A stretch of DNA of 64,000 bases, taken from contig MU053606.1 in assembly GCA_013239625.1 (NCBI GenBank), positions 124,001-188,000 on the forward strand, read 5' to 3'. Below, piece by piece: positions 1-10,169 of this stretch (positions are counted from its first letter, which is position 1; the number at the start of each line of letters is the position of its first letter). The notes under the pieces were generated by a model. That model did no database searches, was not told the origin of the DNA, and saw nothing but the letters and a program-made list of their open reading frames with translations. The stretch comes from Lama guanicoe (lineage: Eukaryota). The position numbers and the translations under genes are program-made.

Positions 1-139
1 CTCTGTAACCCAGGGCCTAGCAAAGCGCCAGCCCATGTGTGGGCCATGTAGGGGCTCGGATACTTACCAAACTAACTCAAAGCAGTGAATACAGAGCTGG
101 AGGAAGTGACCACTGAGCTCACAGGGTTCACTGCCCACA

Positions 140-460
140 CCCCCATTCTACAGATAAGGAAACAGAGACCAAGTGGTGAAGCAGACTTGGCCAAGGTCAT
201 GCTGCTCTTAAATGCTGGCCTGTGTCAGGCATGCGAAGTGATGAGCTGCAGTGAAGGGGCTGAGAGGGGGCTCTGGGGCCAGACAGCTTGGGTTCAAGTA
301 CCAGCTCTGCCATTTCTTAGCTGTGTGATTAATGAATATCCTTACCTTTAAAGTGGAACTCATAATGGTGCCACCTCATTGGGTTGTCATGAACACAGCA
401 TTCCTGGAACAGCAGGACAGAGTTCTGTAAGGGTTTGCTATTGCTTTGGTTACTATTATT
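140..460. mobile_element. Two MIR SINE fragments (minus ~140-210, plus ~250-460)
   Basis: MIR core motifs: ctacagataaggaaacagag...cttggccaaggtca, and ctctggggccagacagcttgggttcaagtaccagctctgccatttcttagctgtgtga. Confidence 0.7.
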
Positions 461-1478
461 ATCACCAAGTGAACCCTGAAATGAAGAACAAAGACAGTAA
501 GAATTTTTATTTTAAAGAATTTTAAAATCCTCTGATAAATGTTTCATTTCATCTATTCAAGTTTGCATTTGACCCTTATTAACAACTACACAATGGATGA
601 CTTTTGAGGCAATCTTGCTTCATGTCTTTAATTCTCACTAATGACACAGGCTACTTAACAGGCAGCAGTTTCTTTTCCAGGAAGAGGGACAAAAAGTTAA
701 AAATGACTCAGTGCCTCTCAGTCCCCAGTGAGTTGGTTGAGACCTGTCAAACCAGCTTTGGGGAAGTGCCCGCTCCCCCTGGGCTCTCTGAACTGCTCCG
801 CAGCCTCCAGGGGGCACTGTACCCCCACACGAATCCAGTCTCTTGGTTCCTATCTTTGCTTCAGATCCCTCAAGGACTGCCCATGCCCCAGGGCCCCATC
901 TGCCCTACCAGCCTTGGCTGCTGGACTCCAGGGCACCATCCTGGGTCTCAAGCATCCTCTGTTCCTATGACCGCCCCACTACTCTACAATTTGTCCTTCA
1001 AGTGTGAGCTCCTGTGGCTCTCCACACAGCAGGGGTCTCCCAGTCCTCCACCTCGGGTAACTGCATTGTCCTGCATGGTGCCTAGCGAACCCATGTGGAG
1101 GCAGGAAGAATACAGAACTACAGGTGCTCAGAGGGGCTGCCTTTCCCACTGCAGGGGCCCTAGAGCGCTTTCTCCCAGCTGGTTATTCACAGGCGCTGAA
1201 GCTGTGGAATCTCGATCTCATCAAATTAAAGGGCATCATCACTAATAACAAAAGCAATCATTTCTTCAGTAGCAAAAGGAGAAAAGACTTTGTGTTCCCC
1301 ACCTCCAACTTTTTTCCTCCACCTTCAGATGTTTCTCATCTCTGGGCAAGGGTAGAAAGTAACTCACACAATATTATTTTTTCAATGTCTTTTCCCACTC
1401 TGAAGATTGTTTTCCCAGAACTGATGAAGGCTAGAATGGTTTAGCTTTCCTGGACTGAGTATTCAGAAGCCTGGGGGG

Positions 1479-1780
1479 NNNNNNNNNNNNNNNNNNNNNN
1501 NNNNNNNNNNNNNNNNNNNNNNNNNNNNNNNNNNNNNNNNNNNNNNNNNNNNNNNNNNNNNNNNNNNNNNNNNNNNNNNNNNNNNNNNNNNNNNNNNNNN
1601 NNNNNNNNNNNNNNNNNNNNNNNNNNNNNNNNNNNNNNNNNNNNNNNNNNNNNNNNNNNNNNNNNNNNNNNNNNNNNNNNNNNNNNNNNNNNNNNNNNNN
1701 NNNNNNNNNNNNNNNNNNNNNNNNNNNNNNNNNNNNNNNNNNNNNNNNNNNNNNNNNNNNNNNNNNNNNNNNNNNNNNNN
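1479..1780. other. Assembly gap (302 N)
   Basis: Run of N. Confidence 1.
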
Positions 1781-3177
1781 GTTATTCTTAGGATGTGTTG
1801 GAGCCTACGTGATTATCAGTCTAAAGGAAATAGATATAGTAATGGGTTGACATATTTGAAGAATAAGGTAACCACAAATCAAAAGCATACAATAGAGTCA
1901 CAAAAAAACCAAAAAGAAACAAATAAAATGGCTTAAAGCCTTAAATATTAGACAAGACACTATAAACTTCTCTCAAGAAAACATAGGCAAAACATTTGAC
2001 ATACATCTCAGCAATGTTTTCCTAGGGCAATCTAAGCAACCCAAGCAACAGAAATAAAAGCCAAAATAAATAAATGAGACCTAATTAAACTTATAAACCT
2101 TTGCACAGCAATAGAAACCATAAGTAAAACCAAAAAACAAACTATGGAATGGGAGAAAATATTTGCAAAAGATGAGACTGACCATGGCTTAATTTCTAGA
2201 CTATATAAATAGTTCATACAACTGAATAAGAAAAAAATAAACAACCAAATCCAAAAATGGGCAGAACAACTAAACAAGCAATTCTCCAATGAAGACACAC
2301 AAATGGCCAATAGGCATATAAAAAAATGCTCAATATTGCTCAATTATCAGAGAAATGCAGCTCAAAACTACAATGTTATCATCTCACACCAGTCAGAATG
2401 GCCCTCATTCAAAAGTCCACAAACCATAAATGTCGGAGAGGCTGTGGAGAAAAGGAAACACTCCTACATTGTTGGTGGGAATGTAGTTTGGTGCAGCCAC
2501 TGTGGAAAACAGTATGGAGATTCCTCAAAAGACAAAAAAAATAAAAAGACTTATCACCTAATCCAGCAATACCACTCCTAGGCATATATCCAGAGGGAAC
2601 CTTCATTCCAAAAGATACCTGCACCCCAATTTTCATAGGAGTACTGTTTACAATGGCCAAGACATAGAAGCAACCTAAACGTCCACTGACAGATGACTGG
2701 ATAAAGATGTGGTATTTAGATATAACAGAATATTACTCAGTCATAACAAAGAAGGAAATAAGGCCATTTACAGCAACATGGATGGAACTGGAGATCATCT
2801 CACTAAGTGAAATAAGTCAGACAAAGACAAGTATCATATGATATCATTTATATGTGGAATTTTAAAAAAATGATACAAATGAACTTATTTATAAAACAAA
2901 AACATACTCACAGACTTATAAAACAAACTTAGGAGTTTGGGATTAACAGATACAAATTACTATATGTAAAATAGACAAACGACAAGGATTCGCTGTAGAA
3001 CACAGGGAACAATTTTCTGTATCTTGCAACCTATAATGGAAAAGAACCTGAAAAAGAATAGACTATGTATATGTACAACTGAATCACTATGCTGTATACC
3101 TGAAACTAACAAAACAGCTGTATAACTGAAACTACCAAAACATTGTAAATCAACCACATTTCAATTTAAAAAAAAAT
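1781..3177 (+). mobile_element. LINE-1 remnant: inter-ORF-like piece joined to ORF2 3' end, 3' UTR and poly(A)
   Basis: ORF2 C-terminal peptides in the ORF track ([40 protein letters not shown]). A-rich plus strand with A-tail at ~3168-3177. Confidence 0.9.
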
Positions 3178-3644
3178 TGGTAAGCTCTAAATACCTTTAT
3201 TCAAAGAAAATCTTGAACTCTTCCCTCTTACAAAACTTAAAATGGGTAGCTTGAGCAGGACCAAATTATACTGGATGGGTAGTTACATATCTTCTCCAGC
3301 ACGTGGCCCATGCTACACACACATTGTGTTTTCCTACAGGTAAGAACAGCCCTGACTGCACAGGGAGCGAGTCCTTCTGGGACAAGGCCTCTGTGGCAGT
3401 GGCCTCCTTGTCACCGCTCCATCTCACCAGGAGGCCAGGGTTTTCAGAGGTGAGGGGACATAGAGCTCATACACTTCAAATTGATTTCCCGAAAAAACTA
3501 TGGAAAAACCAAATTCACCTGCAGTGTGGGAAACATGAGCAGGGCCCCAAAGCAGACCGACAAGCCCAAAGTAAGATGGCCCGATGTTCAGATCAGAACC
3601 AGAACAACGACCATCTGGCCCCATTTAAATGACCACCACCTCAC

Positions 3645-3895
3645 ATGCAATGAACTGCTCATACTCAATGTCAGGGATGTTTCTGTTGAGACTTGGGAGG
3701 TCAAAGGAGTCGGACCAGGGAATCCAGACCTGGTTGATGTCGGGGCTCTGCCAGTGGTAGAGGTGGCCCCAAGGGGATAGCACCAGTACCGGCTCCTCCA
3801 TCTTCAGCAGGGTCTTCAGGAGGAAGGCAATGTGGATGCAGACGCCCCTATGGAGGCTGAAGCCCTCTGGAGGGTTGACGTCACACAGAAGGTAC
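3645..3895 (-). pseudogene. POFUT2: POFUT2-like duplicated exon 2 (protein O-fucosyltransferase 2), decayed
   Basis: Translates [83 protein letters not shown], versus recalled human [83 protein letters not shown]. 251 nt, with an upstream pyrimidine tract and donor GTGAG at 3644. Many R>H, R>W and T>M changes typical of CpG decay. Confidence 0.93.
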
Positions 3896-4164
3896 TTGGC
3901 AGGGAGCAAAGGAGAGCGGGTTTTCAGGGCCAGGCCTCTGCACAGGAATCCCAGCTTAGATAGAACAGATACAACAGGAATCCCTGCACAGCCCATGGCC
4001 TAGACACCAGACACATTCAGCAGCTTCTGGTTTGTAAAGTGGAGGCACTGCCCACCCATCTCCATGTGGCCAATTACTTCAAATCCAGGAGCAGTTGCGG
4101 AAGACATCTTGGCATCCGTCTGACACCTCTAAGCACCTGACTATCACCTGAGCACCCGTTTTCC

Positions 4165-4632
4165 GGGGGCTCTCAAGCTTCTTGTTCTACACAACCCTGT
4201 AACTCTTAACAATTGCTGAGAACTCCAAAAGGCTGCTATTTATGTGAGTTAAATCTATCAATATTTCCTGTGTTAGAAGTTAAATAAGAAGTTAGAAAAA
4301 GTGTATGAATTCACTTGAAAATATTAACAATCTACTGTATGTTACCATTAATACTCAAACAAAATATAATTCTATTTTTCAAAACAAAAACCATTAGTGA
4401 GAAGAATAGCAGTGATTTTAATTTCTACAAATCTCTTTTGGACTGGTGAGAGCTGAATTCTCCTATCTGTCTCTGCATTCCCTGTTTTGTGATATCACAG
4501 GCCAGGTTTTCCCTGGAAAACCCCACAGGAACTCGGGAGAGCAAGAGTGTGCAAAAGGCAGATGACATCCCGGCGTTTCTATGAAAATGGTCTTGCACCT
4601 CAGGGGTCTTGGATACACTTTGATAACTGCTG
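4165..4632. mobile_element. hAT-Charlie DNA transposon fossil (Charlie1a/1b-like) inside the POFUT2-copy intron 1
   Basis: Matches recalled Charlie1 motifs: ttagtgagaagaatagcagtg...aaatctcttt, tctgcattc, and terminal cacactttgataactgctg. Confidence 0.7.
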
Positions 4633-5287
4633 CCCTATCCTAGGCGAGACTTTTCTACACAAGAGCCAGCCAAGGGTCCTGGATTCTGTAATGAGTTACC
4701 GCCACCAGACTCCTCCTTTCTCTGTGTGTTTCTCACAACCTCCATTACTGCAGATGAGGATGTAATCCTCAGCTGGGGCCTCTAATCCCAGAAGACTGCT
4801 AACTTCAAGAGAGAGGGTCCCATCTACCATCCCTACACCCCGCATAGTTTATTTTGAGTCAAGCCCTAGATAACTGCTTATCAGCACTGACCCTTTTATC
4901 TTATTCCTGAGGTTGACTGAAGGAACCAACATCTGGATGGAACTGAAATTTCCCTGCAGATAAACAAGGCTGATAAAGCACTCCATTCCAACATCTGATT
5001 CTGGGGCTTTTCAAAGCCCGGATAAGGCCCCGCTTCATCTAAGATGGGTCCTCTGCCTGCCCTTCCTGGGGGGTTCTGGGAGGCCGCGGCCACCAAAGGC
5101 GACCCAGACTCGCAGCCCCAGCCCCAGGGCCTGAGGGGGAGGAAAGCTTGAGGCTGTGCCAAAGCCCTGCCCCTCCCCGCCCCAATACGCTCCCCGGCAC
5201 CACAGCCCTCCCCGGCCACAACCCCAACCCTGATCCCACCCCGGTTCATGTCCACCGGCCCCGCCGACGGCGCGGACGTACGTTTAC

Positions 5288-5392
5288 TGTTTGTGGGACG
5301 CCGCCCCAGACAGGATGTCGGCCGCCGACTGACCTGCCAGAACTAGTCGCCCGGCCGAGCAAGCCGCCATCGCCAGCAGCAAGCACCGCCAT
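5288..5392 (-). pseudogene. POFUT2: POFUT2-like duplicated exon 1, with indels in the signal-peptide region
   Basis: Minus strand encodes GQSAADILSGAAS, matching the recalled POFUT2 N-terminus. ATG in good Kozak context (gccATGg) at 5392-5390; donor GT at 5287-5286. Confidence 0.88.
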
Positions 5393-5471
5393 GGTCCCTG
5401 GCAGCTACACACTTCCGGAGCCCGCTCCCAGCTCCAGAAAAGCAGGCCGGTCCGCGCGGAGCGCGGCGCCT

Positions 5472-5485
5472 GTAACCATGGCAAC
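5472..5485. promoter_or_regulatory. RFX X-box motif
   Basis: GTAACCATGGCAAC fits the X-box consensus GTNRCCATGGYAAC. Confidence 0.7.
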
Positions 5486-7492
5486 GCTGCGGGGCCCTCC
5501 CCTAGCGCTTGCGTCGTGCGTCCTCCCCAGTCTAGATGTGCGAGGGCAGAACTTGCGGAGCCAATGGGAGCCAGGGCGCGGCCAGGACGGGGGTGAGGGA
5601 AGGCTTATGGGACAGCTGGGCGAGGCCGGGGCGGGCTGGGCCGCGCGGAAGTTCTGACCGCAGGTGGGGCCGGCCGGAGGCTGGGGCGGTGGGCGGGGCA
5701 GCGGGGCGGGGGCACCCTCACCTGTCCGTGTGTGGGGATCAGCCTGGTCTCTGCAGCCTCCACTTGCACCGGACGTGGACCCAGGCTACCGGTGGGCAAG
5801 ATAGAGGACTGAGCCCAGGCACGCATGGCTGGCCAGGTAGGGCAGCTGAAGTGCACATCCGCCAGGCCCGCTGCCGGCCTTGAATACGCGCTGCTAGGCA
5901 GTTTCCAAGAAGACGGGATCTGTCATAAGAGGGGAGGTAGGGCTGGGGTGCCAGATGCCGTGTTGGGTGCAGTCTCACAGGAGAGCCACAGTGAGAGGGC
6001 GCAGAGCGGCCCCTGTGTTGGTGGGGCTAAGGGTTTGGGGTATAGGGTGGGGGTGGTGTGTGTCTTGCTCTGTGGTCTCCCCAAGAACCCTCACTCCAGA
6101 GCAAGGGGCTCTGCTCCCCCAACCCCTCACTGCACTCCCTGCCTTCCCCAGCACCACCTGGGGTGTGGTCATGTCGGGGCAGGGAAGGCCCAGGGAAGGG
6201 GCTCATTCAGAGGCAGGGGCCACTCTGCAGGGATGCTGGACCTGACAGTGATGCAGTGCTTTGGAACTCCCCTGGGCTGGGTTTCTAACCAGTGGGATGG
6301 AAGGGCCTTTCTTTCCTGGAGTGCAGTTGGGGGAACTAGATCCATCATGAATGTCAGCCCTGAAAATGGAGGCTGTGCTACATCCATTCTTGGAAAGAAA
6401 AATAAGGCCCCTTCAGCCCAGGTGACTCAGAAAGTCATTCAGCAATGTTCGGGGTCCCCAGTTTAGGCTTTCAATTAGAACTGAGCGGCTCAGGAGGCCA
6501 GATCCCTGTCCGTCGCTCTAGGAGCAGGCTTTCTGCTGGGGGACAGGATCCTTACAAACACCTGTGTCTTTGTGGGTCACTCCCCTCTGACAAGCTGGGA
6601 GGCAGGGTGCAGTTGCGGGAAATCATGTTTCCATGAGGAGAGGGCCACCAAGTGGTGGGGGCACAGGAGACAGTGAGAAAGAGTCCCGCAGCCTTTCTGG
6701 AATCAAAAAACTGGCAAATGTCAAAAAGTGCATAATTTGTTTTATTGAACAGACTGCTTATGTTCGTTTGGAGGGCCAGGTTCAAGGACTCTGCATCCCT
6801 CCAGGACAATAGCCTCAAGAGAAGAACAGACAGAGCAGGAGGAGATGTGGGGTTTCTCCCAGAAATGAGGCAGAACAGGGATTTCTGCAGATTTGCAAGG
6901 AGACCCCGACCACTGAGCATGGTGTTACAACCCCACGTGGCCCCTGTCATATTTGGCTTGGGCTCTGGGTCTGGCCTGATCATGTATTCTTCCAGCTGAG
7001 TTCCAGAAACTCAGAGGGTAGACTTAGAGAGGCTGTGTTTGGAACCCGGTGTGGAGACGGAGGGTCCTTTATCCTGAGTCCCCTCAGCCTAATCACTGTA
7101 GCTGAATTCCAACACCACCCAGGCCCCCAGGGTGGCTGTGGAGGGAGAGCAAGCCTGGCAGGTGACCCAGGGGTCCCACTGCTGTGCCCCTCTATTATCT
7201 TTGTTCCCTTTCACCCCGGAAGGTGTGATTGTCTCATGTCATGGTGACAAGCTATCTCTTTTCTCTCTCAGGTGGTGTCCCCACCCCCGCTCATCCTTCT
7301 CTCTGCATGGATGCTGAAGGACCAGGCTCACTTGAAGTTCTGAGCTTGAGCAGTAAGGTGGAAACAAAGAAACAAGTCATTGTGGCAAAGCTCCCCACCA
7401 CAGAGAAGCTGCCCTGAGTGGAAGGGAGGGTGTGGGCATGCCCATTTGTTTCCTGTCTCCCAGTGCTCTTCACTTTCTTATTGCAGACCTGC

Positions 7493-7571
7493 ATGGTTAC
7501 AACAAAATGATCTGCAAAACTGAAAATATTTACTCTCTGGCTTTTACAGAAAAGGCTGACCAGCCTCTGGT
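7493..7571. mobile_element. MER58-like hAT terminal fragment
   Basis: ctgcaaaactgaaaatatttactctctggcttttacagaaaagg...cctctggt. Confidence 0.55.
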
Positions 7572-9807
7572 TCCCTTACCAGTCAAGTGATGGGAGTACT
7601 TTTCCAGTATGGAAACATTTGGGCAGGCCCAGGTTTGCAAAATTCTTTAAGAGTAGTTACAGAGTTTTGCTTCTAAACATTTTTATGGCTGTATACTTCT
7701 GAGCTGAGGTTGTGCTGTGTAATTCTGAGCCAGGATTTTCTCAAAATGCTTCTCATTTCTTCTACTGGACACCTCTAAATTCCAAGGGGAATGGGATGTT
7801 AAGGAAGCCATGGAGTTTAGGAAAAAGATACAGATTTCATTTCCATTTAAGCATCGATGTATCTCCATCCTAGGCAGTATCGGTTCTGCGGTATTGATAG
7901 GGGAACTAATAGCAACCAAATTTATAGAAAATAGTGGGTCATTGGGTACACAAGTTCTTCTTTTCAACATTTTTGTAGTGTTTGCAGTTTAAGATGACCA
8001 TTCCTGAGAAACAGGCAGCCTCTTAGAATGAAATAGCATTTTCCCTGAACCATACTCAATTTTTATTTCATAGACAGCAGGAAGGGCAATCACACACCCA
8101 ATGTTTGGGGACCTCAAAGGTAAAGTGTAACCTTCTGAGAGCACACTCTCCCCATCTCCCTCTGCTCTTTTCACTGTCCCATTGTCTCTGAAGGCTCTTT
8201 TGTATCTTCTGCTCATGACTCCAGTAACTCTTCCTCCTCTTTCCTCAGCTGGTAAGTTTACTTGTCTACTTTGACCAAACAAACTGAAGCCAACAGAAGA
8301 GAACTTTCACCAGCAACTCCCAGGACATCCGCTCGCCTTCTGATGTCTGTGACCTCACTCTCGCTGCCCCACCTCTTATTACAGGTGACATCAAAAGCCA
8401 GATCATCCAAAAGTCACCAGGGGGCCCATCCATCCAATCTTCTCCGGGCTGTCACTCCCACATCCATACTCTCTGTCACTATCTCATCTATCTTGTTCTC
8501 CTGCTAGTTGGCTCCTATTAGTATATGAAAGTCCATCCACTTAAAAGAAACAAACAGCACTCCTTGACCCTAATTCGCCCCCACCAATTGCCACCCCATG
8601 TCTTTCCAGCAAATCTTTAATGAGTAGTTTAAACTCACTGTCTGCATATTCTCTTGAGCCATCCCCTTTTGCACCCACTCTGGCTTTTCCCCTGATCCCT
8701 CGCTGTATGGAAACTGCTCTGTCAAGACCATCAGTGACCCCACATTGCTAAATATGGTGGTCAGTTTTTAGTCTTCATCATGTGTGGCCCTTTGGCAGCA
8801 TTTGACCCAGCTCTTCCATCCCACCTCCCCTGTGTTCCTGCTTTACTTGGCCTCCAGCCCATCGCTCTGCTTTCGATCCACTGGCTGGTCTTTTGCCAAT
8901 ATCTCCTCTTTTTTCCAAACATTTACACAAATGTGCCCCAGAGTTGGGTCCTGGGTCTCTCCACTATCTATCTGCTATACCTTTAGTGGAAGCAACCAGA
9001 CTTGGAAATTGACATGCCATCAATTTCTCGATTTGTCCAAAACTCCCTGATTGGCCCTTTCCATTTGGAACTCTCTCCCTGATGCTCATATTCTTTTTCT
9101 TTCATTCTTCTTGCTTTCACATTCATACATATGTTCTACTGTGTAAATTACTTTTCCAAATTTTGAATCAGTCCATACATATCATGTAAAATGCTCAGAT
9201 CTCTGTTATTTCCACTAAGATGCTTATTCTACCTTAGAACCTTTCTGCATTTCTGTATTTATGTCAATAAAGTGAATAGTATTTCTACAAGCCTCATAGT
9301 TAAACAGTGTGTTTGTTTGGGGCTATTATGTAAAATGAAATAATGATACATCAACATAGTCCTTTTTCATTTAATTTTACGTAACACCAAGATGAGGTTT
9401 TTGCACTGAAGACTGGTTTTATTGAAATTTTACCTACATTATGGACAGTCAGTTTATGTGAAAGCCCTCATTTCTCCCCTTTTCTGATATATTTTCCATT
9501 TGGCTATTATAACATACCTTGGCATGAAATAAAATTCCAAATTCATTCACATAATAAAATTAATACATTTAAATTATATTTTTTAATGTTAAAAAGAAAG
9601 AAAAAAAACAACCCCAGACTCCTCTACCTATTAGGCATTTCTGTGGCAATATCTAATAGATTCCTTAACCATGATATTGAAGAACTGAGCTGATTCCAGC
9701 CTCTTTCCACCTGCTCAGCCCCATCTTGTCCCATCCCCTGTGGATGGAGAGGACATCCATCCCATTTTCCAGATCCAGATGTTGGAACCATGTTCTTTCT
9801 CTCTCTT

Positions 9808-9813
<6 letters not shown>

Positions 9814-9862
<49 letters not shown>
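9814..9862. repeat. (CA)n microsatellite, about 24 units
   Basis: Direct observation. Confidence 0.98.
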
Positions 9863-9863
<1 letters not shown>

Positions 9864-10048
9864 CAAATCCAGCTTGTTAGAAAATTCTGGCTAGTCTGAA
9901 TTCATCAACCACCTACTCCCTGTTCCCCACCCTCCTAGGAGCCACCTTCAGCCCCTCTTGGACACCAAATAGCCTCCTTCTTCCATCTTTCCTTTTCTAC
10001 AATCTCATCCACACAGAGTCAGAGGGAACCTATGAAAGCATACGTTGA

Positions 10049-10169
10049 GGGGGTGGGTGTAGCTCAGTGATAGTGTGTATGCTTAGCATGCATGAGATCC
10101 TGGGTTCGAACCACAGCACCTTCACTAAAATAAATAAATTACCCTCCCCCCCAAAAAAACAAAACAAAA
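10049..10169 (+). mobile_element. tRNA-derived SINE, vic-1-like (camelid)
   Basis: A-box tagctcagtgat, B-box gggttcgaacc, A-rich tail, imperfect target-site duplication aaagcatacgttg / aaagcataaattg. Confidence 0.85.

Larger units (their letters stand above)
5080..5900. promoter_or_regulatory. CpG island / probable bidirectional promoter carried with the POFUT2 copy
   Basis: Dense CpG, GC boxes at ~5628-5710, ETS motifs (acttccgg 5411-5418; cggaagt ~5646), CCAAT at 5561. Confidence 0.8.

Noticed and set aside
604..1245. 213-aa ORF, and similar long ORFs at 5825-6466, 21017-21526, 32115-32711 and 42041-42616
   Set aside because: No recognisable homology, mostly non-ATG starts, and located in GC-rich or repeat-derived sequence.
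3625..3996. 123-aa ORF as a standalone CDS or processed POFUT2 pseudogene
   Set aside because: Homology is confined to one exon bounded by splice signals, and exon 1 lies 1.4 kb away across an intron.
10049..10169. tRNA gene
   Set aside because: A and B boxes are present, but an A-rich tail, target-site duplication and several diverged copies in the window indicate a SINE.
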